Below are positions 8,880 to 19,256 of a stretch of DNA of 64,000 nucleotides, one piece after another; position 1 is the stretch's first letter; every line of letters begins with the position of its first letter. Below the pieces are notes generated by a model that was given only the letters and a program-made list of their open reading frames with translations, did not search any database and was not told the DNA's origin. Origin of the DNA: Gemmatimonadota bacterium (GTDB lineage: Bacteria > Gemmatimonadota > Gemmatimonadetes > Palauibacterales > KS3-K002); contig JBDHJS010000017.1 of NCBI GenBank assembly GCA_039586795.1, positions 32,001 through 96,000 on the forward strand, in the 5' to 3' direction. The position numbers were made by a program, and so were the translations under genes.

Positions 8880-10781
8880 TCACTTCACAGCCTCGATGAT
8901 ACGCCGACGTTGGCCGGCTGTCAGCATGTCGCGGCCCACTACGCTTCTCACGATCCGCGCGACAAACGAGTACCCTCTCGCATCGGCGCTAAGCCAGCGC
9001 TGCCACTCGAGCTCGTCGAGCGCCGGACCCAAAGCGGCAGGATCGAGACCCGTTGCGTTCCCCAGGCTGGCGAACGTAACCGGCTCGTCGATGACCGCAG
9101 CCGCAGCGAGCACGTTCTGACCGTTCGGCGAAAGGCGGCGAAAGCCAACACGTACGGCCGCCGCAACGCCGTCCGGCAGTTCGCCGGGGAGCGACTGATC
9201 CAAAGTACGAAGCGGCTCCGGCCACGCGCCACTCGCGGCGCCAAGATCGAGTCCCAGCGCTACCGCGTGCAGCAGTTCGACAGCCAGTGTGGGCAGGCCT
9301 GCGGAATCGGTGGCCACACGCCGCGTTACGCGGTCCAACTCCACATCGTCATACGAGGGAAGAGCCCAACGGGCCAGCTGGCGGAGCGCCCGGTTCGGAA
9401 GCGGACCCAGTCGCAGAGATACTCCGGACAGGTCACGCCCGACGCGAGCACGCAGCTCGGCAATCTCCGGTCGTTCAGGATAAGTCGCTGCGGAAACCAT
9501 GACGAAGGTTGGCGTGCTTGCCAGGTCACGAAGCACGGCACCCAAGCCGAGTAGCGAGTCCCTGTCGAGCCACCCCGCGTCATCCACGAAAAGGAGGATT
9601 GGCTGTCGGCTGGCGAGGGCTCGTGCGACGTCGATGAAGGCGCGTCCAGGAGACATCGACTCGTCAGTCTTCTCCACATCGAACCGTTCCGCCCAACCCG
9701 GCAATCGCCGAGCGAGCGTCGCAATCGCGGCTGGCGTTACATCTTCTAGCCATGGCGCATCGAGAGGTACCCCTTGCGCCAAAGCGAAGGCGCCGTTCCA
9801 AGCCTCGTCCAGATCGGCTTCGACTGCTCTGGCAGTGGCCACGGCGCCTCCATCCAATCGCGCCCGGGCGAGCAACTCCTCTGCTAGGCGCGTACGTCCA
9901 GTGCCCGGGTCGCCTTCTATCAGTCCCAGCGTCGCATGCCTGTCGGCCAGGCAGCTCGACCATGCCGAGATGAGCTGCTCCAGCTCCCCTTCCCGGCCGA
10001 CCAACGGAGACCGACGCGTCTCCGCTCCCGCCGGTTCACCAGCGGCCCAGCGCTCCGGGAGCTTCCAGGTACGCTCGTGCCGAACACGCTCCGCCAGCTC
10101 CATCGTCTCCTCATCCGGCTCGACCTCGAGTTCTTCATCGAGGCGTCGTACCAGCGATTCAAAGACTGCCAGCGCGCCCGTACGGTCGCCAGCGATGGCC
10201 AGGCTGCGCATCGCGGTCCGCGCAGCAGCATCGGAGGTGCTATCAAAGCTGAGCGCCCGGCGCGCCGCGGCTGCAGACTCGCGTATCCTGCCGGCATCAA
10301 GGAGGTCATCGGCCCGATTGACCAGCGCATCGACCGACAGTTGTCGTAACCGAAAGCGCTCTGCGTGAAGCCAATCCTCCAACTCCGAACAACCGGGGAC
10401 AGCAAAGCCCTCCATGAAATCCCCGATCGCCAGATTGGCCGCGTCTTCCCAATTCCCGTCGTCGGTCAATTCCTCAAAGCGGTCAACGTCCAACTCAACC
10501 GTTCCCGGAGACAGTCTCACCTGGTCCCCTTCGCTCTCCAGAGCCGTGGGGCCCAGATACTTGCGAAGCACGCGCACCGCTTCGTTGAGAGAATGGCGAG
10601 CGGCGGGCTCCGGCTTATCACCCCAGAGCAGACCAACCAGGTGGTCTCGCGACCGCGTGAGCTTGGGAGAACGCGCCAGGTAGACCAGCAAGGCCAGGTT
10701 CTTCCGCCACAGCAACTCCGGCGCAGCCGTTTCGCCGGCCACCGAGATCTCTACCGGACCCAGAACGCGAACGGTGATCAT
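8880..10781 (-). CDS. SARP-like transcriptional regulator: winged HTH + BTAD + AAA ATPase
   Basis: N-terminus VRVLGPVEI..ALLVYLA..SRDHLVGLLWG; SPLVGREGELEQL; P-loop GDPGTGRT; Walker B LLFVDD; GAGGTG RBS before ATG 10781. Confidence 0.85.
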   Translation of the reverse strand: MITVRVLGPVEISVAGETAAPELLWRKNLALLVYLARSPKLTRSRDHLVGLLWGDKPEPAARHSLNEAVRVLRKYLGPTALESEGDQVRLSPGTVELDVDRFEELTDDGNWEDAANLAIGDFMEGFAVPGCSELEDWLHAERFRLRQLSVDALVNRADDLLDAGRIRESAAAARRALSFDSTSDAAARTAMRSLAIAGDRTGALAVFESLVRRLDEELEVEPDEETMELAERVRHERTWKLPERWAAGEPAGAETRRSPLVGREGELEQLISAWSSCLADRHATLGLIEGDPGTGRTRLAEELLARARLDGGAVATARAVEADLDEAWNGAFALAQGVPLDAPWLEDVTPAAIATLARRLPGWAERFDVEKTDESMSPGRAFIDVARALASRQPILLFVDDAGWLDRDSLLGLGAVLRDLASTPTFVMVSAATYPERPEIAELRARVGRDLSGVSLRLGPLPNRALRQLARWALPSYDDVELDRVTRRVATDSAGLPTLAVELLHAVALGLDLGAASGAWPEPLRTLDQSLPGELPDGVAAAVRVGFRRLSPNGQNVLAAAAVIDEPVTFASLGNATGLDPAALGPALDELEWQRWLSADARGYSFVARIVRSVVGRDMLTAGQRRRIIEAVK

Positions 10782-10791
10782 TTCACCTCGA

Positions 10792-13704
10792 TCATCTTTG
10801 CAGGTCGTTGCACGCCAGCTCTGCTTGCGCCACCGCACTACTCAGATGAGAGGAAAGTCTCGGAGACGCCTGAGACCATAGCTCACTAACCCGAGCCAAA
10901 AGAGGGCAGGCCAGACTGTACTCCCCGCGATCGAAAGCGGATCTGCCCCTGAGATACCGTCCGAACGTCCCCAACGCCCAATCGACTTCGCCAGCCTGCG
11001 CCGGCTCGGTCACCGGGAAGCCGACAATATCGACAGCCTGATACCATCTCCACTCGCGTTCGGCTGCGGTGCCATCACCCAAACGCGTGAACCATTCGCC
11101 TCGCTTTAGATGAAGCGCGGCGCGCGCAAAGCTATCGCCGAGCCTACCCGGAGGTTCGGGGCCACCTTCCAGCTGGCTGGTCATCGCCTGTAGCTCCAAC
11201 AGAGCCTCGCTCTCCGCCAGCGCATCCCGTGGCCGACCTCTCACGTCCGCATCCATCGCTACCAGAAGTCCGTCAAGCCCGTCGTCCGTACGCGAATCGG
11301 AGGTAGCTTGCATTAGCCGAGCCCAGCTACCGCCGCGTGCCGTGTCGCCCTGCGCATACGCATCCATCGCCAGCGCCCACGCCGCACGGCGCGCGACGGT
11401 CGAATCACCGAGCAAGGCTTCCAGCTCTTCGCGAGCCCAATGCATCTCTTCGTCCGATGTCATCGGTATACCGAGGGCCGGGGGCAGTACACGCCACTCA
11501 GCCGCCTGTAGCCGACTCTCCGGTGAGTCGAACAGAGCGGCCGCCGAATCAAAGGCAGCCAGAGCCAGATCGGTCTGGCCCAGCATGAGATGGCCGAGCG
11601 CGGCAGCTTCGAACCCTCCGGCGCGGAACAGGCTCTGTACGGCCAACTGGCTCAGCAGTGAGCCGAGGCGCACCTGGGTGTTCGGGATATCAAATGAGCC
11701 GACCAGTCTCGAGATAGGGGCCAACCACTCAGGTGAAGAGAATACCGTGTCGGCCATCAACGCCTGCAGGTTGGACGTTGCCTGCTCCGGCATGAAGCGC
11801 GTCTCATACGCCAGCCAAAGGAGATCGGACGACGCCTGCCAGCCTTCTTCCAGATTCGCTGAAACGGCAGGCATGGCCTCCAGCACACGCAACGCATCTT
11901 CCGCCCGACCCAACCGAATGTATGCCCAGACCAAAAGAACGTAGGAGGAAGACCAGGAGGATCGGATCCTGACAGCCTCCTCGAGCACAGTGGTCGCATC
12001 TTCCAGCGACTCACCCCACAACGCTCCCCGATTGAATAGTTCCTCGCCAAGCAAGAACGTTGCGAAGTCGTCCTGCGGATACCGGTCAACCGCGTCTCTG
12101 TAGGCGGCGAGTCGAGCGGGCCCCGCCGGTTCCAGTTGCGCCGCCATCAAAAGGCTATCGGACGTACCTAGGTTGGAGGAATACCGCTCGAACAGGCGGC
12201 CGTAGTCCACTGGGTACGGCCCATAGTAACCCAACCATCGGTAGGCAGTGGCCAGGTGCCACCAGGCCTGGATGAAGGTCGAGTCATACTGGATGGCCCG
12301 CTCGTAGTGCTCCCGCGCCCGCGGCCAGTCGCCACGCTCGAAGGCTTTCTCGCCATTAGCGTAGCTGGTTAGGGCATCGGGGTCCCGAGTAAGACGTCGC
12401 ACCTCAGGATGCACGCCGCCCAGCAAAATGGTCTGCAGTCGGCGGGTGATAGAATCGCTTACCGAACCGAGGGACACCGCTTCCAACCGAATCTCTCCAG
12501 ACTCGGGATGCGTCGCGCCGGTCGCGTCGAATACACGCAGCTCGATCTCTGCCCCGTCTTCTTCGACAATGATGGTGGCATCGACCGCATATCTCGCGTT
12601 CAGTTCACTCGCGGCCTGTTGCACGGTCTCGATCCCGGCGGCTTCCGCCGCTGAATACCAGGGAAAGGACACGGTCGTGGGGACGATGCGGACGTCGGGT
12701 AGAAGCTCCAACTGATCTCTGACGATGAACGCGGCGGAGGTATCGTCAAAACTCTGGCTCGGTAGGCCTCGAACGCTGAACGGCAGGATCGCCAGGTCGG
12801 CGGCGTCGAGCGCAACCACAGGCCTCAGAGAGAAATACAGGATCGCCACGATCGCGAGGCCGGCAGCCGCCACTGGACCATAGCGCCAAAGCGGCCGACG
12901 GCGAGCGCCCGCCAGCCACCCGCTGCCCAACGCCGCACGGAACTCCGCCGCGCTCCCCCAACGGTCATCCGGTTTCCAGCTAAGCGCTTTGCGAAGAACC
13001 GGGACCAGTCGTCGAGGTACGCCTGACCAGTCGACCTCTTCACTCGTCGCTGCGATCGACCATCGCCGACCCGTAAGCGCCTCATAGACGATCATGCCGA
13101 CCGCGTAAAGGTCCGTCCTGTTGGTCGAACTCCCGCTCGCCTGCTCCGGCGGCATGTACGCTGGAGTTCCTATCCCTTGTCCCGGCTCCGTCAGAGGAGG
13201 TGAGTCGTCGTCCACCGGCTTCGCCAACCCGAAATCGCCCAGCAAGACTCGATCACCCACCAGAAAGACATTACCGGGCTTGACATCACGATGGATGATC
13301 CCGTGCTCATGGGCCGTCTCGAGCGCGTCCAACAGATCGCAACTCATGCGAACCGCAGCTTCTTCGCTCAACGGACCTCGTGTCAGGCGTTCGGCCAACG
13401 TCTCACCCTGTACATACTCCATCACGTAGTAGAACAGGCCGTCTTCTTCACCGGCGCTATGAACGGGGACGACATTGGGGTGATTGAGGTTCGCCAGGAT
13501 GCGGGCCTCGCGCAGGAAGCGCTCGGCCGCTGTGGCTGTAGCTAGCTCGGGCCGCAGGATCTTAACGGCGACAGAACGCTCGAGCGTCGTGTCCCGGGCG
13601 AGATAAACGGTGCCCATCCCTCCGGCGCCGAGTTCGCGCTCGACATCGTACTTCCGGGCCAGAGCGGCTCGCAGGCGGTTCGATACAGGGTCGGACATAC
13701 TCAT
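10792..13704 (-). CDS. Hanks-type Ser/Thr protein kinase with TM segment, TolB-N-like domain and TPR-like helical C-terminus
   Basis: LGAGGMGTVY, VAVKIL, IHRDVKPGN, LGDFGLAK, GTPAYMPPEQ; TM AAGLAIVAILYF; LAILPF. Confidence 0.93.
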   Translation of the reverse strand: MSMSDPVSNRLRAALARKYDVERELGAGGMGTVYLARDTTLERSVAVKILRPELATATAAERFLREARILANLNHPNVVPVHSAGEEDGLFYYVMEYVQGETLAERLTRGPLSEEAAVRMSCDLLDALETAHEHGIIHRDVKPGNVFLVGDRVLLGDFGLAKPVDDDSPPLTEPGQGIGTPAYMPPEQASGSSTNRTDLYAVGMIVYEALTGRRWSIAATSEEVDWSGVPRRLVPVLRKALSWKPDDRWGSAAEFRAALGSGWLAGARRRPLWRYGPVAAAGLAIVAILYFSLRPVVALDAADLAILPFSVRGLPSQSFDDTSAAFIVRDQLELLPDVRIVPTTVSFPWYSAAEAAGIETVQQAASELNARYAVDATIIVEEDGAEIELRVFDATGATHPESGEIRLEAVSLGSVSDSITRRLQTILLGGVHPEVRRLTRDPDALTSYANGEKAFERGDWPRAREHYERAIQYDSTFIQAWWHLATAYRWLGYYGPYPVDYGRLFERYSSNLGTSDSLLMAAQLEPAGPARLAAYRDAVDRYPQDDFATFLLGEELFNRGALWGESLEDATTVLEEAVRIRSSWSSSYVLLVWAYIRLGRAEDALRVLEAMPAVSANLEEGWQASSDLLWLAYETRFMPEQATSNLQALMADTVFSSPEWLAPISRLVGSFDIPNTQVRLGSLLSQLAVQSLFRAGGFEAAALGHLMLGQTDLALAAFDSAAALFDSPESRLQAAEWRVLPPALGIPMTSDEEMHWAREELEALLGDSTVARRAAWALAMDAYAQGDTARGGSWARLMQATSDSRTDDGLDGLLVAMDADVRGRPRDALAESEALLELQAMTSQLEGGPEPPGRLGDSFARAALHLKRGEWFTRLGDGTAAEREWRWYQAVDIVGFPVTEPAQAGEVDWALGTFGRYLRGRSAFDRGEYSLACPLLARVSELWSQASPRLSSHLSSAVAQAELACNDLQR

Positions 13705-13843
13705 GGGCCAATCTGGAGACTGAGAGATAGCTTACTGGCGGCGATCGCTGTCGTCAATCCGTGGTGTAGAGCCCGACCCGGAGCCGCGAAGCTCTCGGTA
13801 GATCGGATGCGGTTCGTGAGGCGCTGAAGGAGTACAGTCTTCG

Positions 13844-14236
13844 TTACGGTTTACGCCGACGGATCTTTCGCGGCTCGTCGCCACCGCGAATACGCTGCTC
13901 AATCTCTCCGAGCAACGTGTCCTCGCCCGCCTTGCTACCACCGAAGAGGCCGTCCGTATCGGCCTGGCGGGACGCGCTGTACAGGTTGAGCCAGAGGTCG
14001 GCTTTCTCGCCAAAGCGGAGAATCGCGTAGAAGAAGCGGCCGCGACGCTCGCCACCGAAGAGTAGTTCGACGATGGCCGCGCCGATCGACAGCGGCATCA
14101 GCGTGATGTCGATGAGACCGTCAAGAAACAGCTTGAGTTGAAAGAGCAGCAGGTCGCGGACGATGACGAAGCGGGAAACGCCTTTCTCGTCGTCGGGTCG
14201 AGGGCTCACTCCACGTGGATCGCTCCGGTACGTCAT
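13844..14236 (-). CDS. Hypothetical protein with a hydrophobic segment
   Basis: Protein-like ORF (RDLLLFQLKLFLDGLIDITLMPLS); start placed at MTYRSD. Confidence 0.7.
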   Translation of the reverse strand: MTYRSDPRGVSPRPDDEKGVSRFVIVRDLLLFQLKLFLDGLIDITLMPLSIGAAIVELLFGGERRGRFFYAILRFGEKADLWLNLYSASRQADTDGLFGGSKAGEDTLLGEIEQRIRGGDEPRKIRRRKP

Positions 14237-14388
14237 ATTCGATGCGCTCTCTTTGCTGTGCACTGATTTGATCGGGTCGCGAATGATATGTCTTACCAAT
14301 AGACAAGCGCAGCGAAGCGTGTCAAGCTTTCGGGCGGCCAGCCGTCCGACTAGTGTATCAAGCACCCTTGTCGCGAGGAGATCACTTC

Positions 14389-15216
14389 ATGCAATTCGAT
14401 TCTGACACCAGCGCGTTTCGTCGAGACCTTCTGAACGGCCAGGTAGCGCTGGTCACCGGTGGAGGCACCGGAATTGGGGCCGGCATCGCCCGGGCGCTTG
14501 CTGCCCACGGCGCCGACATCGTTCTGGCCAGTCGGAGGCGGTCGCACCTGGAGCCGATGGTGGGCGAGCTCCAGGCTCTGGGCAGCGAAGTGCTTATTCA
14601 GAAACTGGACATCCGCGATCGCGAGGGCTGCGAGGCCGTGGTCGCCGAGACGCTGGCTCGTTTCGGTCGACTGGATATCCTGGTGAACAACGCCGCCGGA
14701 AACTTCTTGACGCGGTCGGCGGAGCTCTCGGAGAAGGGTTGGCGTGCGGTTGTGGACATCGTGTTGACCGGCACGTTCAACATGAGCCAGGCGGTCTATC
14801 CGGTGATGCGAGATGCGGGTGGCGGTTCGATCGTCAACATAACGACGACCTACGTCGATACGGGGGCGCCGTACATGGCACACTCGGGTGCGGCGAAAGC
14901 TGGGGTCATGAACCTGACGCGTACTCTGGCGGTGGAATGGGGTGCCGATGGAGTACGGGCCAACGCTGTGGCACCTGGATTAGTAGAAGAAACGGAGGGG
15001 GCCCGGCGATTGGCTGAATCGATTGGGCTCGTCGACGACTATCTTGCACAGGTTCCGCTTGGCACCCTGGCGCGGGCGGAAGACGTGGCAGCCGCCGTAT
15101 TGTTTCTCTGTAGTCCAGCCGCTTCTCACATCACCGGGGTCGAGATCACCGTAGACGGCGGCTCCAGCATCGGCGGTTTGTTCAAGCAGATCAGCGATCG
15201 GCTGCCATCACCCTGA
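14389..15216 (+). CDS. SDR oxidoreductase, 2,4-dienoyl-CoA reductase-like
   Basis: TGGGTGIG, NNAAGNF, HSGAAKAG, LAVEWG, VDGG; GAGGAG RBS. Confidence 0.9.
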   Translation: MQFDSDTSAFRRDLLNGQVALVTGGGTGIGAGIARALAAHGADIVLASRRRSHLEPMVGELQALGSEVLIQKLDIRDREGCEAVVAETLARFGRLDILVNNAAGNFLTRSAELSEKGWRAVVDIVLTGTFNMSQAVYPVMRDAGGGSIVNITTTYVDTGAPYMAHSGAAKAGVMNLTRTLAVEWGADGVRANAVAPGLVEETEGARRLAESIGLVDDYLAQVPLGTLARAEDVAAAVLFLCSPAASHITGVEITVDGGSSIGGLFKQISDRLPSP

Positions 15217-15492
15217 CATATCGCCGAGCTTCTTGATCGTCGCGACGGAAGACATGGGCAACACGATCTGCTCGTGCTTCTTCCACACTCCTACCTTCGC
15301 CGCTTGCTTGACGAACTCTTCTTTCGAGCGACCGTCCTTGCCCTCTTCATGCTCGTCGACATCGAGGAGCACGACCTGCTGGTCGTTCATCTCCCAGCAA
15401 CGCCCGACGAAGATGCGGGGGCCAGTCGTATCGACGACCACGGTCATGCCGTGAAGCTCGCCCTTATCGCTGTGGAACGTACCCATCATCAA
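15208..15492 (-). CDS. Small hypothetical protein, possibly Sm/LSm-like beta fold
   Basis: Begins immediately after the bacilliredoxin stop; beta-rich pattern TVVVDT..FVGRC..DQQVVLLDVDE..IVLPMSSVATI. Confidence 0.7.
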   Translation of the reverse strand: MMMGTFHSDKGELHGMTVVVDTTGPRIFVGRCWEMNDQQVVLLDVDEHEEGKDGRSKEEFVKQAAKVGVWKKHEQIVLPMSSVATIKKLGDMSG

Positions 15493-15921
15493 TCAGGATG
15501 TCGTCGCGCAGAATTCCTGTAGCGCCTTGGTCAGCTCACTCGCGACATCCTCTGCCGACCGGCCTTCGATCTGGTGGCGGGGAACGAAGTGGACCACCTC
15601 GCCATCACGGAACAGTGCTATGGACGGACTGCTGGGAGGGTACTCCGCAAAGTAGCTGCGCGCCTGGGCAACAGCTTCCAGGTCCTGCCCGGCGAACACT
15701 GTTGCCAGGCGATCGGGACGCGGTCCCTGTTCGATGGCCAATCGTACGCCAGGACGAGCCATCCCAGCGGCACAGCCGCATACCGAATTCACGACGACAA
15801 GCGCCGTCCCTTCTTTGGCCGCCATGAACTCGTCAACGTCCTGGGCGGTCATCAGCTCCTTGAAGCCAATGGCAGTGAGTTCCTGACGCATCGGCTGAAC
15901 GAGCAAGTTATCGTATGGCAA
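15493..15921 (-). CDS. BrxA/BrxB family bacilliredoxin
   Basis: VVNSVCGCAAGMARP (CGC motif), TVFAGQD, PPSSPSIALF. Confidence 0.93.
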   Translation of the reverse strand: MPYDNLLVQPMRQELTAIGFKELMTAQDVDEFMAAKEGTALVVVNSVCGCAAGMARPGVRLAIEQGPRPDRLATVFAGQDLEAVAQARSYFAEYPPSSPSIALFRDGEVVHFVPRHQIEGRSAEDVASELTKALQEFCATTS

Positions 15922-15996
15922 TGCTTCCTCCTGTTGGGGCGTCTCACGAAGCGGCCGATAATATATTTCGCACCGGCCAGGTTTCCAGTTCTCCGG

Positions 15997-16338
15997 CTAC
16001 GAGTTGGCCAACTCGTCGATCTTTGCCGCCATGATGAAGTCGTTCTCGTGAAGCCCCCCAATGGCGTGCGTATACAAGACCAGCGCTACCTCGCGATAGT
16101 GGATCTCGAAATCCGGGTGGTGGCCTTCCTCCTCCGCCAGATCGGCCACGCGGTTGACGAAGCGAATGGCCTCCGGGAAGGTGTCGAGCCGGAAGCTCCT
16201 ACGAAGTCGGGTGTGCCCCTCCTTCAACTCCCAGTCCGGCGTGGCGGACTGCAGGTCCCGGGCCTCTTCCGGCGTCAACGGCGGAACCCCACCCCTGCAA
16301 GGCGTACACGTTTTCCTAGCTAGCTCGCCAGCCTCCAT
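15997..16338 (-). CDS. phhB: Pterin-4-alpha-carbinolamine dehydratase
   Basis: AEEEGHHPD, YTHAIGGLHENDFIMAAKID; N-terminal CTPCRGG. Confidence 0.92.
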   Translation of the reverse strand: MEAGELARKTCTPCRGGVPPLTPEEARDLQSATPDWELKEGHTRLRRSFRLDTFPEAIRFVNRVADLAEEEGHHPDFEIHYREVALVLYTHAIGGLHENDFIMAAKIDELANS

Positions 16339-16398
16339 GGACCCTCCTTTTTCTGGCTAGAAATCTCTGTCCCTATGGATAAACGACGCGGGGAGCGA

Positions 16399-17103
16399 TC
16401 AGGTTTCTTCGGCCGGAGGCCGCTTAAGGGCGGCCAACCGAGAGCGGGCCGCCGCGGAGTGGGGTGAGTCGGGGTGTAGCCGCAGGAGGCGCTGCATCTC
16501 AGCCCTTTCACGCTCGGATTCACCCTGGGCCTCGTGGATGCTGGCGAGCCGTATCGAGATATAGGCATCCGTCTCCGGAGTGGTATCCGCGGCCTCACGA
16601 GCCCTGAGAAAGAACCGAACTGCCGTCTCCGGGTCATCTAGCTCCTGGAGACATAGGGCCGCTGCCCTCAGGCAGGGGCCGGGGTCGTCCGGATAGAGCG
16701 CCGCCTCCTCCTCCAAAGCCTGAACCGCCTCGGCGTGCGAACCGCGTGCCGCCAGCGCCTGGGCACGCCAGGAGGTCGGCGGCCGCGGGGACGAGTCGTG
16801 CGAGAAGTAGAGCCTGCCGATGACCGACGCGGTACCGCCGATCAAGTATCGGTACACGAACCAGTAGGCCAGCCACGGCCCGGCCAGGCCGAGGACAAGC
16901 CCCACCAGCAGGGCCATGGCCGGGCTCATTCCCCAAATCTCAGACGCGGCGGCCATGACCATCATGAAGAAGACGATGCTGGCAGGAGCGATCCAGAACG
17001 CCGCTTTAATGAATCGCGCCCGTTCCACGGCGTCGACGTCCTTGAGCGGTCGCTTACGCCGCTCGATCTCGCTTGCGTATTTACGGTCGTCCTTGTTTAC
17101 CAC
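16399..17103 (-). CDS. Two-TM membrane protein with TPR-like C-terminal domain
   Basis: Two hydrophobic helices, then TPR-like helices ending LLRLHPDSPHSAAARSRL. Confidence 0.75.
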   Translation of the reverse strand: MVNKDDRKYASEIERRKRPLKDVDAVERARFIKAAFWIAPASIVFFMMVMAAASEIWGMSPAMALLVGLVLGLAGPWLAYWFVYRYLIGGTASVIGRLYFSHDSSPRPPTSWRAQALAARGSHAEAVQALEEEAALYPDDPGPCLRAAALCLQELDDPETAVRFFLRAREAADTTPETDAYISIRLASIHEAQGESERERAEMQRLLRLHPDSPHSAAARSRLAALKRPPAEET

Positions 17104-17818
17104 GGGACTTTCTAGGCTTCCGCGCCCGCCACGCCTCGCGGAGCGCTGTCTGGATGATCTTACTCCCCGCCCTGATCGTTCCCAAAACCGACCCGGAAAT
17201 CTTCGAGCGACCGGCTGGCCGCGGCAGGTGTGAAACCGGCACCTCGGTAATCGAAAGGCCTTCTGCGACCGCCCGCGCCTGCATTTCGACGTTCCAACCG
17301 TAGTCGCGGTCCTTTAGGGCGAGTCGTTTCAAAGCGTCGAAACGAATGGCTCGGAAAGGACCGAGATCACGAAATCGATAGCCGGCGATAGTACTGATAA
17401 TCCAGCAAGCCAGTCTATTACCGAACGAAACGTGGGCCGCAGTATCTTTGAATTGGCGATAGCCAATCACGAAATCAGCTTTGCCGCAGGCGATTGGCTC
17501 CAAGACGACCGGTAGCTCGTCGACCGGCTCCGACCCGTCTGCGTCGATGAATGCTACGACATCGGGTGGGCCGATCTGCTCCATCGACGCGAGTGCCGCG
17601 AGACAGGCGGCCCCATAACCGCGTCTCGCTTCGAATACGACGCACGCTCCATGCGCCGCCGCCTCGGCGGCCGTGCCGTCCGTCGATCCATTGTCGGCAA
17701 CCCAAACGACGTCCACAATATCGCGCGGAATGGAATCGAGTGTGGCGCCGACGACGCCCTCTTCATTCAGCGCGGGCATCACGACGCCGATCGAGAACCC
17801 CTGGAAAGATATCGCCAC
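17081..17818 (-). CDS. Glycosyltransferase family 2 (polyprenyl-phosphate sugar synthase-like)
   Basis: VVMPALNEE, ADNGSTDGT, RGYGAAC, FIDADGS, DLGPFRAIR, SKISG; GTG at 17818 with AAGGAGA RBS. Confidence 0.9.
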   Translation of the reverse strand: MAISFQGFSIGVVMPALNEEGVVGATLDSIPRDIVDVVWVADNGSTDGTAAEAAAHGACVVFEARRGYGAACLAALASMEQIGPPDVVAFIDADGSEPVDELPVVLEPIACGKADFVIGYRQFKDTAAHVSFGNRLACWIISTIAGYRFRDLGPFRAIRFDALKRLALKDRDYGWNVEMQARAVAEGLSITEVPVSHLPRPAGRSKISGSVLGTIRAGSKIIQTALREAWRARKPRKSRGKQGRP

Positions 17819-17933
17819 TCTCCTTGCATGGTGATCGGTTGCGAGGATGAACGGATAGCGAGCCCGATCGCCCGGCGCAATCGTTAGCCCGCTCGACTCT
17901 GGTGCCGACAGACGTGTAATGCTAAAGAGTAGC

Positions 17934-19256
17934 ATGAACGGTGACGGCACCCAGCAGAGAACGGCGAGCCATCTCGTAGCCTTCACCGGCCTCGGCGTGG
18001 CGATGGCTCTCGTCTATGGGTCGCTAACGTCTCTAGTCCCATATGAGGAACAACCGGCGCTCGTGACGGCGAGCGCGCTTCTCGCCTTCGCACTTTACCT
18101 CTGCGCCGTGGGCGTCGCCGGCCAAATCTCCGGGCGCCTCGCGTTGCTAATCGCTCTGCTGCTGGGAGCGGTGTTCAGAGCTCTGCTGCTAACCGAGCCC
18201 CCATTCCTCAGCGACGACTACTTTCGTTATCTGTGGGACGGACTGGTCCAGACCAACGGGATCAACCCGTATCGCTTCGCTCCGGCGGACACTGCGCTGA
18301 CCGGAATCGACGACGCGCTGCGCTCGCAGGTGAACCATCCCGACGTGCCGACGATCTACCCGCCACTGGCACAGTTCATGTTCTTCCTCAACGCCACGCT
18401 GGTCGGCGGCTGGGTGGGCCTCAAGTTGATCTGGCTGGCATGCGATGCAGGGATCGCCGCGCTTTTATACCGACTGGTTCCGGCGGACCGCCGGCTTCAG
18501 ATGTGGACTCTGTACTGGTGGTCACCGCTGGTGGTGATCGAGATTGCATGGAGCGCGCATCTCGATCTACTCGGCGTGCTGCCGCTCGTGGTGGCGATAT
18601 GGTTGGCCAGGTCGGGGCGTGCGCACTCGGCCGCCCTCGGAGTCAGTCTCGCCGCCGCGGCGCTGGTCAAGTACTTCGCTGCGGCGCTTTTGCCCAACGG
18701 GACCCGCGGCGGCTCGACGCCGACCACGGTGGCAGCGTTTTCGGCCGCCGCAATCCTCCTGTACCTGCCTTACGCGGACGCCGGCGCCCGGCTCTTCGAG
18801 GGACTCCTAGCGTACGCCGAACACTGGCGATTCAACGATAGCCTGTACGGTGTGCTTGCTTGGGTCGTGCCTTCCGGGTGGGCGCCGCGTGCGATCGTCG
18901 CCGCAATCGTATTGCTAGTCGTCGCGCAATCGGTGCGTAACGAATGGACCCTCGAGCGAACCGCCTTCTGGCTGATCGGTACAATTCTGCTGCTGTCACC
19001 GACCGTGCACCCGTGGTACCTGGTCTGGATAGTCCCGCTGATCGCGATTCGTTTCAGCCGCGCCTGGCTCTTCCTGACGGGCTCCGTCTTCATCTCCTAC
19101 TACGGGCTAGAAACGTACCGGGAGATTGGCATCTGGCCCGAACCCTGGTGGACCAAACTGGCCATCTACGGTCCGTTCTTCGCCATGCTGATTGCAGGCA
19201 CCTGGTCGGGCTCGTGGCTGCAAGCGGCCGCAGAGGGATTCAAGTCACGACGGTGA
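17934..19256 (+). CDS. Polytopic GT-C fold glycosyltransferase (GT87-like)
   Basis: Many TM helices; LSDDYFRYLWDG..GINPY..VNHP..TIYPP loop; SPTVHPWY. Confidence 0.8.
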   Translation: MNGDGTQQRTASHLVAFTGLGVAMALVYGSLTSLVPYEEQPALVTASALLAFALYLCAVGVAGQISGRLALLIALLLGAVFRALLLTEPPFLSDDYFRYLWDGLVQTNGINPYRFAPADTALTGIDDALRSQVNHPDVPTIYPPLAQFMFFLNATLVGGWVGLKLIWLACDAGIAALLYRLVPADRRLQMWTLYWWSPLVVIEIAWSAHLDLLGVLPLVVAIWLARSGRAHSAALGVSLAAAALVKYFAAALLPNGTRGGSTPTTVAAFSAAAILLYLPYADAGARLFEGLLAYAEHWRFNDSLYGVLAWVVPSGWAPRAIVAAIVLLVVAQSVRNEWTLERTAFWLIGTILLLSPTVHPWYLVWIVPLIAIRFSRAWLFLTGSVFISYYGLETYREIGIWPEPWWTKLAIYGPFFAMLIAGTWSGSWLQAAAEGFKSRR

